From Candidatus Omnitrophota bacterium (lineage in GTDB: Bacteria; Omnitrophota; Gorgyraeia; Zapsychrales; Zapsychraceae), in NCBI GenBank assembly GCA_028280285.1, contig JANQMA010000012.1, positions 24,817-88,816 on the forward strand: a stretch of 64,000 nucleotides of DNA, given 5' to 3'. The translations under genes were made by a program, and so were the position numbers. The notes beneath the pieces are model-generated. The model ran no database searches. It had not been told where the DNA came from and was given only the letters and a program-made list of their open reading frames with translations. Positions 38,153 through 48,329 of this stretch are shown here, in pieces. The stretch's first letter is position 1. Each line of letters opens with the position of its first letter.

Positions 38153-39781
38153 ATGTTGAAGAATTTGACTGTCTTTTATCTAACCTTTCTGCTTTCCATT
38201 TTGACCGGGACAGGCGCACTGGCCCAGGTAAACATTCAAGGGGAAATCATTAATATGGATGCCATTAACGGCTACGCTTTTAGTGATTTAACTCAAGATT
38301 ACCTGTCTAAAGGAGACATTGTCCAAATCCTTGATGGGAGAGACTTGATCACTTATCTAGAGGTTGTAGAGGTTAAGTCCACATTTAGTCGCTTGGGATT
38401 TGCCGGTCAGATGACTCAAAAAGAAGATTTTCAAACGATTGATATTGGGAATCGTGTGGTGATCGCAGACAAGGCAAAGGAAGTAGCACGCATTGATCAA
38501 GACAATCAACAGTATCAAAAGAAAGTTGATAGTCTTAATCAAATCATTACGGCACTTACGCAAGAATTGGATAATATGAAGAGTTTAGGTTCTGCCTCAA
38601 AGCTCAAAAAAGACCTGGATGAAGTGCAAAAATCAAACGAAAAACTCAATACCAAACTATTATCATTTCAAAAACTTCTGCAAGATAAGACGGCGGATGT
38701 GGCGCAGATAAAAGAAGAAAATACTGTTTTAAGAGATAAGGCAAAGCGGTTAGAAAAGAAGTTGCAAGAAAAAGATCAATTTGATCGTACATCATTGGAA
38801 GCTAAACTTTCTGAAGCTCAGAAAGATCTTCAGACCATCGATCAATTGTCCCGTCAAAAGATTGCTCTTTCGGATAGCTTGGCGCTTGCGAATAAAAAAA
38901 TTGTTGAACAAGAAAAGATTATTGATGAACTTAAGGGGCGTTTGGCCAAACAAGATGAGGAAGTAAAGCTTTTCAATGACAAGCTTTCCAAATATAAAGC
39001 TCAAAGAGATGCGGCTCAATTGGAGCTGCTTGAAGGGATGCGGCAGGTTAAAGAAATAGAATCATCGATTCCTGGTTTAATCAAGGCTGTGCGTCAACCT
39101 TTAGAAGACAGACTTGCGCTTTTAACAGAAGAACTTGATGTTGCCCGGTTGAATATTAAAGAGGCCAATCTCCGGTTGTCGAAAGTTTCGGGTGAAAAAA
39201 ACAATTTACGCAATCAACTGGTCTCCATTGAAGAGAATCGAGGTAGTTTACATAAACAGTTTGAACAGGTAACTACGGAGCTGAATGAGAAGACAGATAG
39301 TTTGCAAAAAATGCAGGACCGCCTTACTGCTATGAAAAAAGAAAAAGCGCTTGTAATGGCCTATACGGCCCAGTTGGAGGACAGGAATAAAGGTTTGGAG
39401 AATAAAATTGGTAAAAAAGGTAACATGGAATCTGATTTACGGGAAATGGAGGAGAAAAGGGACTTTTTAAAGCAGCAATTGGCTATTTTAAATGACCGGA
39501 CGAATAATATTGATGCGATTACCAGTAAGTTAAAAGAAGTGCAGGAGCCATTTACCGACGAAATTGCGCGGCTGGAAGCAGATGTGGGACGCCTGAAAAA
39601 AGAGTTAGATGAAAAAAATATCGTTATTCAGTCTCTACGTAAAAGCCGTGGGGCAGAGACGATTATGCTTGATATGGATGCTGTTAATGTGGCCTTTCAA
39701 GAAGATCAGGTTGATATGAAAAAGTTATTATCCATTAAAGAAAGAATTGAAAAATCCTTTGATGGTTTATCTAATCCATAA
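38153..39781 (+). CDS. Exported protein: small N-terminal beta domain plus long coiled coil
   Basis: Signal peptide ending ALA; about 430 aa of heptad-rich K/E/L/Q sequence. Confidence 0.75.
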   Translation: MLKNLTVFYLTFLLSILTGTGALAQVNIQGEIINMDAINGYAFSDLTQDYLSKGDIVQILDGRDLITYLEVVEVKSTFSRLGFAGQMTQKEDFQTIDIGNRVVIADKAKEVARIDQDNQQYQKKVDSLNQIITALTQELDNMKSLGSASKLKKDLDEVQKSNEKLNTKLLSFQKLLQDKTADVAQIKEENTVLRDKAKRLEKKLQEKDQFDRTSLEAKLSEAQKDLQTIDQLSRQKIALSDSLALANKKIVEQEKIIDELKGRLAKQDEEVKLFNDKLSKYKAQRDAAQLELLEGMRQVKEIESSIPGLIKAVRQPLEDRLALLTEELDVARLNIKEANLRLSKVSGEKNNLRNQLVSIEENRGSLHKQFEQVTTELNEKTDSLQKMQDRLTAMKKEKALVMAYTAQLEDRNKGLENKIGKKGNMESDLREMEEKRDFLKQQLAILNDRTNNIDAITSKLKEVQEPFTDEIARLEADVGRLKKELDEKNIVIQSLRKSRGAETIMLDMDAVNVAFQEDQVDMKKLLSIKERIEKSFDGLSNP

Positions 39782-39782
39782 C

Positions 39783-40646
39783 ATGGCAATGACAGAGAAG
39801 CGTTTTAAAAATTCCGATATTATTTCAAGAGCGCAAGAAAAGCAAAGCATAGAGCGTAGAGAGTCAGAGACCGAAATGGATGCGCCTGCTTCTGATTTTT
39901 CTTTTATTGAAAAGGAAAATACACTAGAAGAAAATGAATCTACCTTAAACGCAGAGATACAAAATCTACAAGTTCAAAAAAAGCAGCTTAAAGAAGAAAT
40001 CGAAGTCTTGCGTCGTTTGAAGGAAAAAGTCAAAAACGATGCGCGCCCAATTAGTCTGACGGTTTTCAACGAAAAAACAGTGCTGCCACTTACAATTCTA
40101 GTCGTTGCGGTTTTAACTACAGCAGGGGTTTATTTTTTACAAAATTTAGATGCCGGAAAAGATAAGGCTGTCAATGTTATCAAACATCCGCTTTTATCGG
40201 TTTTTACAGTTGAGGAGCATACTGAGTTGGCGCAAATTTATATGGCCCAAAAAGATGTGTTTGATCGCGAATATGATAAATTGAGCTTAAGGGTTGCACT
40301 GATTAATCAGCTGCTACAGAGTGATGAAGCACAAAAAGACAATGTTTTAAGTCAAGGGGACGTCCTTTTAAAAAATGAAGTTTTTATTGAATATCAACAT
40401 CGTCTAGGGATAATGGAATTGCAGAAAATTCTCTTTGAGCCGGATAGTAGAGATGTGGCAGAGGAGCTTAAAAAAGGCATTAACGGTGTCAAAAATGAAA
40501 TGGTGATGCGTCTTAAGAAGTCTATTCCTAGTGGGTTTTCGGCCCAAACACAGGAAGGTATTACGACTTTGGCGAATAAAATGTTTTTGGATGTGCGTCT
40601 TAGTGCGATCGATGCTATACGGGGGGCGGCAAGGATATTGAAGTAA
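39783..40646 (+). CDS. Single-TM coiled-coil hypothetical protein
   Basis: Coiled coil, TM segment VLPLTILVVAVLTTAGVYFL, helical C-terminus. Confidence 0.65.
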   Translation: MAMTEKRFKNSDIISRAQEKQSIERRESETEMDAPASDFSFIEKENTLEENESTLNAEIQNLQVQKKQLKEEIEVLRRLKEKVKNDARPISLTVFNEKTVLPLTILVVAVLTTAGVYFLQNLDAGKDKAVNVIKHPLLSVFTVEEHTELAQIYMAQKDVFDREYDKLSLRVALINQLLQSDEAQKDNVLSQGDVLLKNEVFIEYQHRLGIMELQKILFEPDSRDVAEELKKGINGVKNEMVMRLKKSIPSGFSAQTQEGITTLANKMFLDVRLSAIDAIRGAARILK

Positions 40647-40654
40647 GAATAAGG

Positions 40655-40727
40655 GTTAACTTGTTTAAAGTTTATTGTTTAAAAATATTTAATAACACAT
40701 TAAACAATCAACATTAAACATTAAACT
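40655..40727. repeat. Heptamer-period palindromic element, TGTTTAA subfamily
   Basis: tgtttaa agtttat tgtttaa ... ttaaaca atcaaca ttaaaca ttaaact. Confidence 0.7.
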
Positions 40728-40744
40728 TCTAATGAGGAGACTTG

Positions 40745-41110
40745 ATGAGCGAGATCGATCCGAATTTACAAGCACAAGTGAAAGAAAAACTAAGTGCGGC
40801 AGCAGCCGAAATGGAACTTCCACTGGAAGTATTTATGGAAATTGTAGGTGAATCGATGGGGCCGACGGCAGAGGATATGGTTAAGCTTGGCGAGGTTGTT
40901 GAATCGGGAAATTATGAAGATATTCAGGCCATTTCACACAAAATGAAGGGGACCTTTGGTAATCTACGGCTTGACAGTTTGGTGGGCAATGCCGGGCGCA
41001 TTAATGATCTATCAAAGAATGCTGAAGGTATTGATGAAATTAAACAATTATACTCCGCGCTTCAAAAAGATTTTGATGAATTTATTGCCATAATCAAAAC
41101 ATTGTCATAA
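40745..41110 (+). CDS. Stand-alone Hpt (histidine phosphotransfer) protein
   Basis: ISHKMKGTFGNL motif; GAGGAG SD. Confidence 0.85.
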   Translation: MSEIDPNLQAQVKEKLSAAAAEMELPLEVFMEIVGESMGPTAEDMVKLGEVVESGNYEDIQAISHKMKGTFGNLRLDSLVGNAGRINDLSKNAEGIDEIKQLYSALQKDFDEFIAIIKTLS

Positions 41111-41141
41111 GATCTGCGTTTTTTCTTACATTAACCAATTC

Positions 41142-42971
41142 ATGTCACAAAAAAATACATATATTCTAGGGATTTCTGCGTTTTATCACGACAGTGCTGC
41201 GGCGCTTGTGAAAGACGGTGTAGTTATCGCGGCTGCTCAAGAAGAGCGTTTTACACGCATTAAGCACGATCAGTCCTTCCCGATTAATGCGATTAACTAT
41301 TGTTTGCGTGAAGCTGACATTGATGCCAATCAACTAAGCTATGTTGGTTATTACGAAAAACCGTTTATTAAATTTGAGCGTTTGCTTAAGACCTATTTTG
41401 CGTATGTTCCGTGTGGACTTTTTTCTTTTCTCAAAGCCATGCCGGTGTGGCTTAAACATAAACTGTTTCTTAAAAGCTTTATCCAGGATGAATTAAATTA
41501 TACCGGTGATATTGTTTTTTGTGAGCACCATGAGTCGCATGCCGCTTCTGCCTTTTATCCATCACCGTTTAAACAGGCGGCTGTGCTTACTATGGATGGG
41601 GTTGGGGAGTGGACGACAACGAGTTTCGGTCAAGGCGATGGTAACCAATTAACGCTGTCTGGTGAGATGCATTTTCCTCACTCACTTGGCCTGTTGTATT
41701 CGGCGTTTACCTACTACACGGGTTTTCGTGTTAATTCTGGGGAGTATAAATTAATGGGGCTTGCACCTTATGGTGAGCCTAAGTATGTTGATTTAATCCG
41801 TGATAGTTTGCTTGATTTAAAAGAAGATGGTTCGTTTAAACTCGATATGCGTTATTTTAACTATTGCGCCGGGTTGACGATGACGTCCAAGAAGTTTCAT
41901 AATTTATTTGGCGGCCCACCGCGTAAACCCGAAGCACCGATTAGTCAAAAAGACATGGATATCGCCCGTTCTATCCAAGCGGTGACCGAGGAGATTATGC
42001 TTAAAATGGCGGATCATGCGCATAAAACAACAGGGATGGACAATTTGTGTCTGGCCGGGGGTGTTGCGCTTAATTGTGTCGGTAATGGCAAAATACTTAA
42101 GCAAAGTAAGTTTAAAAATATTTGGATTCAGCCGGCCGCCGGAGATGCGGGAGGAGCGCTGGGTGTCGCGCTTTACACATGGCATCAATATTTAGGGCGT
42201 GAGCGTGTGGTGGATGATGTGCATGATTTGCAAAAAGGCTCATACTTGGGGCCTCAGTATGACGAGCCATACATTGAGCAATTTTTAAATAGTACGGAAA
42301 CACATTATGAAAAAGTTGATCACAGTGATTTGCCTAAACGTATAGCTCAGTTAATTAATGATCAGAATGTGGTCGGACTGTTTCAAGGGCGTGCCGAGTT
42401 TGGGCCGCGTGCATTGGGCGGACGTTCTATTTTGGGTGATGCGCAAAGCGCAAAAATGCAGGAGATTATTAATTTGAAAATTAAATTCCGTGAATCCTTT
42501 AGGCCTTTTGCGCCCAGTGTTTTGCGTGAGCGTGTCAGCAGGTATTTTGATTTGGATCGCGAAAGTCCTTATATGCTTTTGGTAGCTCCTGTTAAGGAAA
42601 GTCAGATTAATCCGGAGTCGCTTTATACAGATAAACAGGGACTTGAACGTTTAAAAATTAAACGTTCTAATATTCCGGCGATCACGCATGTTGATTATTC
42701 GGCACGGGTGCAAACGGTGGAAGAAAGGACCAATCCGCTGTATTACAATATTATCCGTGAGTTCGAAAATCTGTCGGGTTGTCCTGTCGTGATTAATACG
42801 TCATTTAATGTGCGTGGCGAGCCGATTGTCGGCACACCGGAAGACGCCTACAGGTGTTTTATGTGCACCAATATGGATTATCTGGTGATTGAAAATTATA
42901 TTTTTGAAAAAGTCAAACAACCGAATAAAGATAACTATAAATTATCGGATATCTCGACATTGGTGGATTAA
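41142..42971 (+). CDS. Carbamoyltransferase (CmcH/NodU/SxtI family)
   Basis: ISAFYHDSAAA, EHHESHAASAF, GEYKLMGLAPYG, GPRALGGRSIL, NTSFNVRGEP. Confidence 0.93.
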   Translation: MSQKNTYILGISAFYHDSAAALVKDGVVIAAAQEERFTRIKHDQSFPINAINYCLREADIDANQLSYVGYYEKPFIKFERLLKTYFAYVPCGLFSFLKAMPVWLKHKLFLKSFIQDELNYTGDIVFCEHHESHAASAFYPSPFKQAAVLTMDGVGEWTTTSFGQGDGNQLTLSGEMHFPHSLGLLYSAFTYYTGFRVNSGEYKLMGLAPYGEPKYVDLIRDSLLDLKEDGSFKLDMRYFNYCAGLTMTSKKFHNLFGGPPRKPEAPISQKDMDIARSIQAVTEEIMLKMADHAHKTTGMDNLCLAGGVALNCVGNGKILKQSKFKNIWIQPAAGDAGGALGVALYTWHQYLGRERVVDDVHDLQKGSYLGPQYDEPYIEQFLNSTETHYEKVDHSDLPKRIAQLINDQNVVGLFQGRAEFGPRALGGRSILGDAQSAKMQEIINLKIKFRESFRPFAPSVLRERVSRYFDLDRESPYMLLVAPVKESQINPESLYTDKQGLERLKIKRSNIPAITHVDYSARVQTVEERTNPLYYNIIREFENLSGCPVVINTSFNVRGEPIVGTPEDAYRCFMCTNMDYLVIENYIFEKVKQPNKDNYKLSDISTLVD

Positions 42972-42999
42972 GATAAGCCCATTCAACTGCGTCAGTTGA

Positions 43000-43569
43000 A
43001 TGGGCGGTATTGTCATGAAACAAGAAGAAACAAACAATTTAAAAATTTTTGGCTTCGGTGTGGCGCTTATACCTTCGTATCTCTTTTTTATGGATATATT
43101 CAAAGAGATATTTGCGCCTGGTTTTGGGATGTTTCTTCTTTATTTTTTTGTGTTTTTAATTTTTGCTCTTTGGATAATCAGTTTATCCGTTAAATACCAT
43201 ATTGTTTATCTTATTGTTTTGTCAGGTCTTTTGATATTTGATATTAGGTTCCAGTTAGCTCATGGGTCGGGTCTTTTTACGATTATATTTTACGCTGTTT
43301 CATTAGTTTTTTATTCTTGGGCCTGGATTCACCCGCCGAGTTTAAAACCGGTTTATGACAAATGGATGGGGGCAGCACATTTTATTGGTTTTATTATTTC
43401 TAATGTTATTTTGAGTATTTTGTATATAATAGCTTTTGTTCCGGCAGGGATTGTTATCCGTTTACTTCAGAAAGATTTGCTTAATCAAAAAATTGATCAT
43501 AAAGCGTCAAGTTATTGGATTATACGAGAGGATAAATTTGATAAAGATTCATGCCTGCGTCAATTTTAA
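43000..43569 (+). CDS. SxtJ family membrane protein
   Basis: LKPVYDKWM..AHFIGFIIS..IL; KDLL..K; SYWI..E; RQF C-terminus. Confidence 0.8.
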   Translation: MGGIVMKQEETNNLKIFGFGVALIPSYLFFMDIFKEIFAPGFGMFLLYFFVFLIFALWIISLSVKYHIVYLIVLSGLLIFDIRFQLAHGSGLFTIIFYAVSLVFYSWAWIHPPSLKPVYDKWMGAAHFIGFIISNVILSILYIIAFVPAGIVIRLLQKDLLNQKIDHKASSYWIIREDKFDKDSCLRQF

Positions 43570-43582
43570 AGAAAGACACTGA

Positions 43583-43741
43583 ATGGGGAAGATGTCGATT
43601 ATCAAAGAGTTTTGGGAGTTTATTAAAATCAAAAAGAAGTTTTGGTTGGCCCCCATTATTTTCTTTCTTTTATTGCTTAGTTTATTTATTATTTTTGCAC
43701 AATCTTCGACTGTTGCGCCGTTTGTGTATACTCTGTTTTAA
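43583..43741 (+). CDS. DUF5989 / SxtK-like small membrane protein (52 aa, absent from the ORF track)
   Basis: Hand translation: MGKMSIIKEFWEFIKIKKKFWLAPIIFFLLLLSLFIIFAQSSTVAPFVYTLF*. Confidence 0.85.
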   Translation: MGKMSIIKEFWEFIKIKKKFWLAPIIFFLLLLSLFIIFAQSSTVAPFVYTLF

Positions 43742-43751
43742 ACGATAAAAT

Positions 43752-43861
43752 TGTTTATTGTTTAATGTTTATAGTTTAAACAAGAGTAAAAAAGTGGAAT
43801 AACGATACTTTTAATGTATTTTTTAAATTTTTTTTAAACATTAAACTTTAAACAGTAAACA
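43752..43861. repeat. Heptamer-period palindromic element, TGTTTAA subfamily (54-bp spacer)
   Basis: tgtttat tgtttaa tgtttat agtttaa ... ttaaaca ttaaact ttaaaca gtaaaca. Confidence 0.78.
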
Positions 43862-43874
43862 AATTTAGAAAACC

Positions 43875-44981
43875 ATGTCTATTACGGAACAAAATTTACT
43901 CCGCACCCCACTCTACAACGCTCACGTAGCGCTTAATGCGCGCATGGTTCCTTTTGGCGGGTGGGAAATGCCCGTGCAATACGAAGGTATTCTCACTGAG
44001 TATGAGCACACACGTAACGGTGCTGCTGTGTTTGATATTTCCCATATGGGTGAGTTTATTGTTGAGGGGGATTTAAAAGAAAGTAGTTTGGATAAAATAG
44101 TGACCATGCGTTTGGATGATCTGCCGGTTAAGTCTAGCCGGTATGGCTGCATTTGTAATGAAGACGGTGGCGTGATCGATGACTGCATTATCTTCCGCTT
44201 AGAAGAGCGCAAATGGTTTGTTGTGGTGAACGGAGCGACGATTGACAAAGATGCCGCGCATTTTCAAAAGCATTTAACCGACAAAGCTGTTTTTACAAAT
44301 GTTTCAATGGATTTAGGCAAAATAGATATTCAAGGGCCGCAGTCTCGTGATGCACTGATGCACCTGGTGCCGGAGATTAAAAGTTTAGAATATTTCAAGT
44401 TTGATTATTTTACACTGTGCGATGAGGAAAATATTTTGATCAGTCGCACCGGGTATACCGGAGAATTAGGTTTTGAAATATTTTTTCCATGGGATAAAAC
44501 AGAAAAATTGTGGCAAAAATTGCTTAACAATGATACTGTAAAGCCAGCTGGATTAGGCGCGCGTGATATCCTCCGTTTGGAGGCAGGCTACAGCCTTTAT
44601 GGCCATGAGCTTAATGATCAATTATCCCCGCTTGAATCCGGGCTTAGCCGGTTTGTTGATTTAGATAAAGATTTTATCGGCCGCGATTATCTGCTTAAAC
44701 AAAGACAAGAAGGTTTACCGCAAAAAATAGTTGGTTTTATTTCTGAGTCGCGACGCTCTCCGCGCGCTGAGCAGAAAATTTTAAGCGAAAATGAAGAAGA
44801 GATCGGGTGGGTGACAAGCGGTTGCTTTTCCCCTCAGCTAGGTAAAGGCATTGGTCTAGGGATGGTGAAAACAGACTTTGCCAAAAGAGATACAAAAATA
44901 TTTTTTGGGGCTGACAAAACAAAAGTCCCCGCTATAATAAGTTCAAGAATATTTTATAAGAGTGAATCCATTAAGAGTTAA
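43875..44981 (+). CDS. gcvT: Glycine cleavage system aminomethyltransferase T
   Basis: FGGWEMPVQY, FDISHMG, SRTGYTGE, GLGARDILRLEAG. Confidence 0.96.
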   Translation: MSITEQNLLRTPLYNAHVALNARMVPFGGWEMPVQYEGILTEYEHTRNGAAVFDISHMGEFIVEGDLKESSLDKIVTMRLDDLPVKSSRYGCICNEDGGVIDDCIIFRLEERKWFVVVNGATIDKDAAHFQKHLTDKAVFTNVSMDLGKIDIQGPQSRDALMHLVPEIKSLEYFKFDYFTLCDEENILISRTGYTGELGFEIFFPWDKTEKLWQKLLNNDTVKPAGLGARDILRLEAGYSLYGHELNDQLSPLESGLSRFVDLDKDFIGRDYLLKQRQEGLPQKIVGFISESRRSPRAEQKILSENEEEIGWVTSGCFSPQLGKGIGLGMVKTDFAKRDTKIFFGADKTKVPAIISSRIFYKSESIKS

Positions 44982-44995
44982 AGGAGAAAGAGGCA

Positions 44996-45391
44996 ATGGA
45001 AGAAGTTGAATTGGTTGATCACTATTTGTATACCAAGGATCATGAATGGGTAGAGATTGACGGTGAGACAGCGACGGTAGGTATTACAGAATATGCACAA
45101 GCTTCTTTAGGTGATATCACATTTATTGAACTGCCCAGTATTGATGATGAAGTTGAACAGTTTGGTGATTTTGCTTCGGTTGAATCGGTTAAGGCGGCAA
45201 GTGATATCTTTGCTCCGGTTTCAGGTTCTGTGGCGGAAGTCAACACGGAGCTCGAAGAAGAGCCGGGCCTTATCAATAAATCCTGCTACGAAAAGGGGTG
45301 GATTGCCAAGATTGCAATCGCCGACATCGAAGAAAAAAATAGCTTAATGACAGCTGATGAATATCAGAATTTTTTAGTTAGCTCCGGTTAG
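44996..45391 (+). CDS. gcvH: Glycine cleavage system H protein
   Basis: YTKDHEW, VGITEYAQ, ESVKA lipoyl-Lys. Confidence 0.96.
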   Translation: MEEVELVDHYLYTKDHEWVEIDGETATVGITEYAQASLGDITFIELPSIDDEVEQFGDFASVESVKAASDIFAPVSGSVAEVNTELEEEPGLINKSCYEKGWIAKIAIADIEEKNSLMTADEYQNFLVSSG

Positions 45392-45412
45392 AACTAACCT
45401 AGAAGGACCGTT

Positions 45413-46768
45413 TTGATTCCCTATATTCCCAATACAGAAGTTGATGTTCAAGAAATGTTAAAGGCCATCGGAGTTAAGTCCATTGATGATCTTTTTATCG
45501 ACATCAAACCGCAGCATAAACCTAAATCTTTTAATCTTCCGGAAAGCAAATCCGAATTTGAAGTTTTAGAGTACATTAAAGAGCTGGCCGCGAAAAATGT
45601 TCAGGATTTAAAATATTTTATCGGTGGCGGGTATTATGATCATTATGTGCCGTCTGCCGTATCGGCTCTTATTTCTCGTGGTGAATTTTATACAGCTTAT
45701 ACTCCTTATCAGCCGGAATGTTCCCAAGGTACCTTGCAAGCACTTTATGAATTTCAAAGTTCGATCTGCACTTTAACCGGTATGGAAGCGGCGAATGCAT
45801 CGCTTTATGACGGCGGCACGGCTCTTTTTGAAGCGATTATGATGGCGATCCGCATAACAAAGCGTAAAAAAATTGTGATGGACGGAGGGGTAAGTCCCAT
45901 TTATCGGAAGATTATTGATACTTATACCTCCAATCTTGATTATGAATTTTGTGAAACGCCGGTTGAGCACGGTCACAGCAGCCGTTCTGAGATTAAAAAA
46001 CTTCTCGATAAAGATACGGCCGCAATTATTCTGCAAAATCCGAACTTTTTCGGAGCCATTGATGATTTTACCGATATTGTCGAAGAGGCGCATGCACAAG
46101 GCGTACTTGTCATTGAAAGTGTTTATCCGATTTCGCTCGGTCTTATTAAACCGCCGGGCGAAATGGATGTCGATATTGTAACAGGGGAAGGTCAAAGTTT
46201 GGGTCTTTCGCTTAACTTCGGCGGGCCGTATCTTGGGTTTATGGCAACCAAGAAAAAATATATTCGCAAACTCCCGGGGCGTATTGTCGGTGAAACAGTG
46301 GATAAAAACGGTCAGCGTTGTTTTGTCAATACTCTGCAGGCGCGTGAGCAACACATCCGGCGTGAGAAGGCAACCTCTAATATTTGCACGAATGTTTCAC
46401 TCTGTGCGGTGCAATCCTTAATTTATATGTCGCTTCTCGGACGTGAAGGATTAAAGGAATTAGCGCAAACGAATTTAAATAAAGCTGAGTTTATGAAACA
46501 AACGCTTGAAAAAATTGACGGGGTTCAGGTGAAGCGTTCCTCTCCGTCATTTAATGAGTTTACCGTATGCCTGCCGATTGATGCGTCGATTGTGGTTGAA
46601 AAAATGATCCCCATGGGCTTTGCGGCCGGATTTCCGCTGGGGCGGTACTATGAAGGTATGGATAATTATATGATTATTGCGGTGACAGAAAAGCGTACGA
46701 AGGATGAGATATTGGAATATGCCGAGGCGTTGCGTAATGTTTTGGCTTCGGAACTAGCAAAAACGTAA
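45413..46768 (+). CDS. gcvPA: Glycine dehydrogenase subunit 1
   Basis: TAYTPYQPECSQG, REQHIRREKATSNICTN. Confidence 0.95.
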   Translation: MIPYIPNTEVDVQEMLKAIGVKSIDDLFIDIKPQHKPKSFNLPESKSEFEVLEYIKELAAKNVQDLKYFIGGGYYDHYVPSAVSALISRGEFYTAYTPYQPECSQGTLQALYEFQSSICTLTGMEAANASLYDGGTALFEAIMMAIRITKRKKIVMDGGVSPIYRKIIDTYTSNLDYEFCETPVEHGHSSRSEIKKLLDKDTAAIILQNPNFFGAIDDFTDIVEEAHAQGVLVIESVYPISLGLIKPPGEMDVDIVTGEGQSLGLSLNFGGPYLGFMATKKKYIRKLPGRIVGETVDKNGQRCFVNTLQAREQHIRREKATSNICTNVSLCAVQSLIYMSLLGREGLKELAQTNLNKAEFMKQTLEKIDGVQVKRSSPSFNEFTVCLPIDASIVVEKMIPMGFAAGFPLGRYYEGMDNYMIIAVTEKRTKDEILEYAEALRNVLASELAKT

Positions 46769-46770
46769 AT

Positions 46771-46849
46771 CGTTGTACGGTTTCGAGACCCGTATCGTAT
46801 AACGGTAACGTTAACGTAACCGATACGGGCATCGATAACGAATACCGAG
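46771..46849. repeat. Hexamer-period palindromic element related to 8176-8266
   Basis: cccgtatcg ... ccgatacgggcatcg core shared with the 8.2-kb copy. Confidence 0.7.
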
Positions 46850-46862
46850 ATAAAATTAAAAT

Positions 46863-48329
46863 ATGGATCTAATCTTCGAAAAATCAGTCAAGGGGCGTCG
46901 CGGCTATGAAAATCCAGCATGTGACGTTGATGTTGTGGCAGAGGTTCCGGTTAATTTAAAGCGCAAAGAGGACTGTGCGTGGCCGGAGCTTTCCGAGCTT
47001 GATGTTGTGCGTCACTTTACATCGCTTTCGCAGCGGAACTATGCGATTGACACGCAGTTTTATCCGCTTGGCTCATGCACCATGAAGTACAATCCTAAGT
47101 TTACCGAAACCGCTTGTCAGACACCAGGACTGGCAGACTTGCATCCATTATTACCACAGCTCAAACAGGGTGAGAAGCACGCGCAAGGGGCGTTGGAACT
47201 CATGTATGAGTTGGAACAGTGGCTTGCCGAGATTACCGGGCTTGATTATTTTACGATGCAGCCGTTGGCCGGCGCACACGGCGAGTTAACCGGCGTTATG
47301 ATGATGGCGGCGTATCACAAGGCCCGTGGTAACAAAAAAAAGTATATTATCGTGCCTGATTCAGCTCATGGGACTAATCCGGCGACAGCATCAATCGCCG
47401 GGTACGATATTATTTCTATCCCGTCCGATCGCGACGGTTCGATGGATATGGAGATTTTAAAACAGCATGTGACCGATGAGGTGGCCGGACTAATGCTTAC
47501 GTGTCCTAATACGCATGGTGTTTTTAATTCTAATGTCGATGAGATTGCGAAGTTGATTCATAGCGTTGATGGCATTATGTATTATGACGGGGCTAATTTA
47601 AATGCGATTCTCGGCCGTTGCCGTCCTGGGGATCTTGGTTTTGATGTGATGCACATTAACACGCATAAAACATTTACCACGCCACATGGCGGAGGGGGGC
47701 CTGGCGCTGGGCCTGTCGGTGTGAATAAAAAGCTTGAACCATTTTTACCGATTTCGCGTGTTGTTAAAAAAGAGGATGGCACCTTTGCGCTTAATTATAA
47801 TTATCCGGATTCCATTGGCTACATTTCTTCCTTTTATGGCAATTTCGGTTTGCTGGTCCGTGCCTTTGCCTACATTGTTATGGCGGGTCAAGAGGGCCTT
47901 AAAGCGGTCAGCGATCATGCGGTCCTTAATGCGAATTATATTCGGGCCAAACTCAAGGATACATTTCATCTAGAGTTCGATCGCATTTGTATGCATGAGT
48001 CTGTTTTTTCGGCCAAACACCAAGCCGCATGCGGCGTGCATGCGGTGGATATTGCCAAATATTTAATTGATCAAGGCATGCATCCACCAACCGTTTATTT
48101 TCCACTCACCGTTAAAGAAGCGGTGATGATTGAGCCGACCGAAACAGAATCAAAGCAAACAATGGACCTGTTTGTTAAGGCGATGAAAGAGGTTGATCAT
48201 CTGAGTCAGGAAGGCCAAACCGATTTTTCCAACCTGCCGCAAACAACACCTGTGACCAGGCCTGATGAAGTAAGGGCTGCACGTGAGTTGAATACGAATT
48301 TTTTTGAATTAAGGGGACACATTACTTAA
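46863..48329 (+). CDS. gcvPB: Glycine dehydrogenase subunit 2
   Basis: PLGSCTMKYNP, NTHKTFTTPHGGGGPG, MIEPTETE. Confidence 0.95.
   Translation: MDLIFEKSVKGRRGYENPACDVDVVAEVPVNLKRKEDCAWPELSELDVVRHFTSLSQRNYAIDTQFYPLGSCTMKYNPKFTETACQTPGLADLHPLLPQLKQGEKHAQGALELMYELEQWLAEITGLDYFTMQPLAGAHGELTGVMMMAAYHKARGNKKKYIIVPDSAHGTNPATASIAGYDIISIPSDRDGSMDMEILKQHVTDEVAGLMLTCPNTHGVFNSNVDEIAKLIHSVDGIMYYDGANLNAILGRCRPGDLGFDVMHINTHKTFTTPHGGGGPGAGPVGVNKKLEPFLPISRVVKKEDGTFALNYNYPDSIGYISSFYGNFGLLVRAFAYIVMAGQEGLKAVSDHAVLNANYIRAKLKDTFHLEFDRICMHESVFSAKHQAACGVHAVDIAKYLIDQGMHPPTVYFPLTVKEAVMIEPTETESKQTMDLFVKAMKEVDHLSQEGQTDFSNLPQTTPVTRPDEVRAARELNTNFFELRGHIT

Noticed and set aside
41142-43741. Saxitoxin biosynthesis cluster
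   Set aside because: Only the sxtIJK-like triad is present; sxtA, sxtG and the other core genes are absent here.
43551-43748. 65-aa ORF listed in the track
   Set aside because: Wrong frame; the DUF5989-like ORF at 43583-43741 explains the region.
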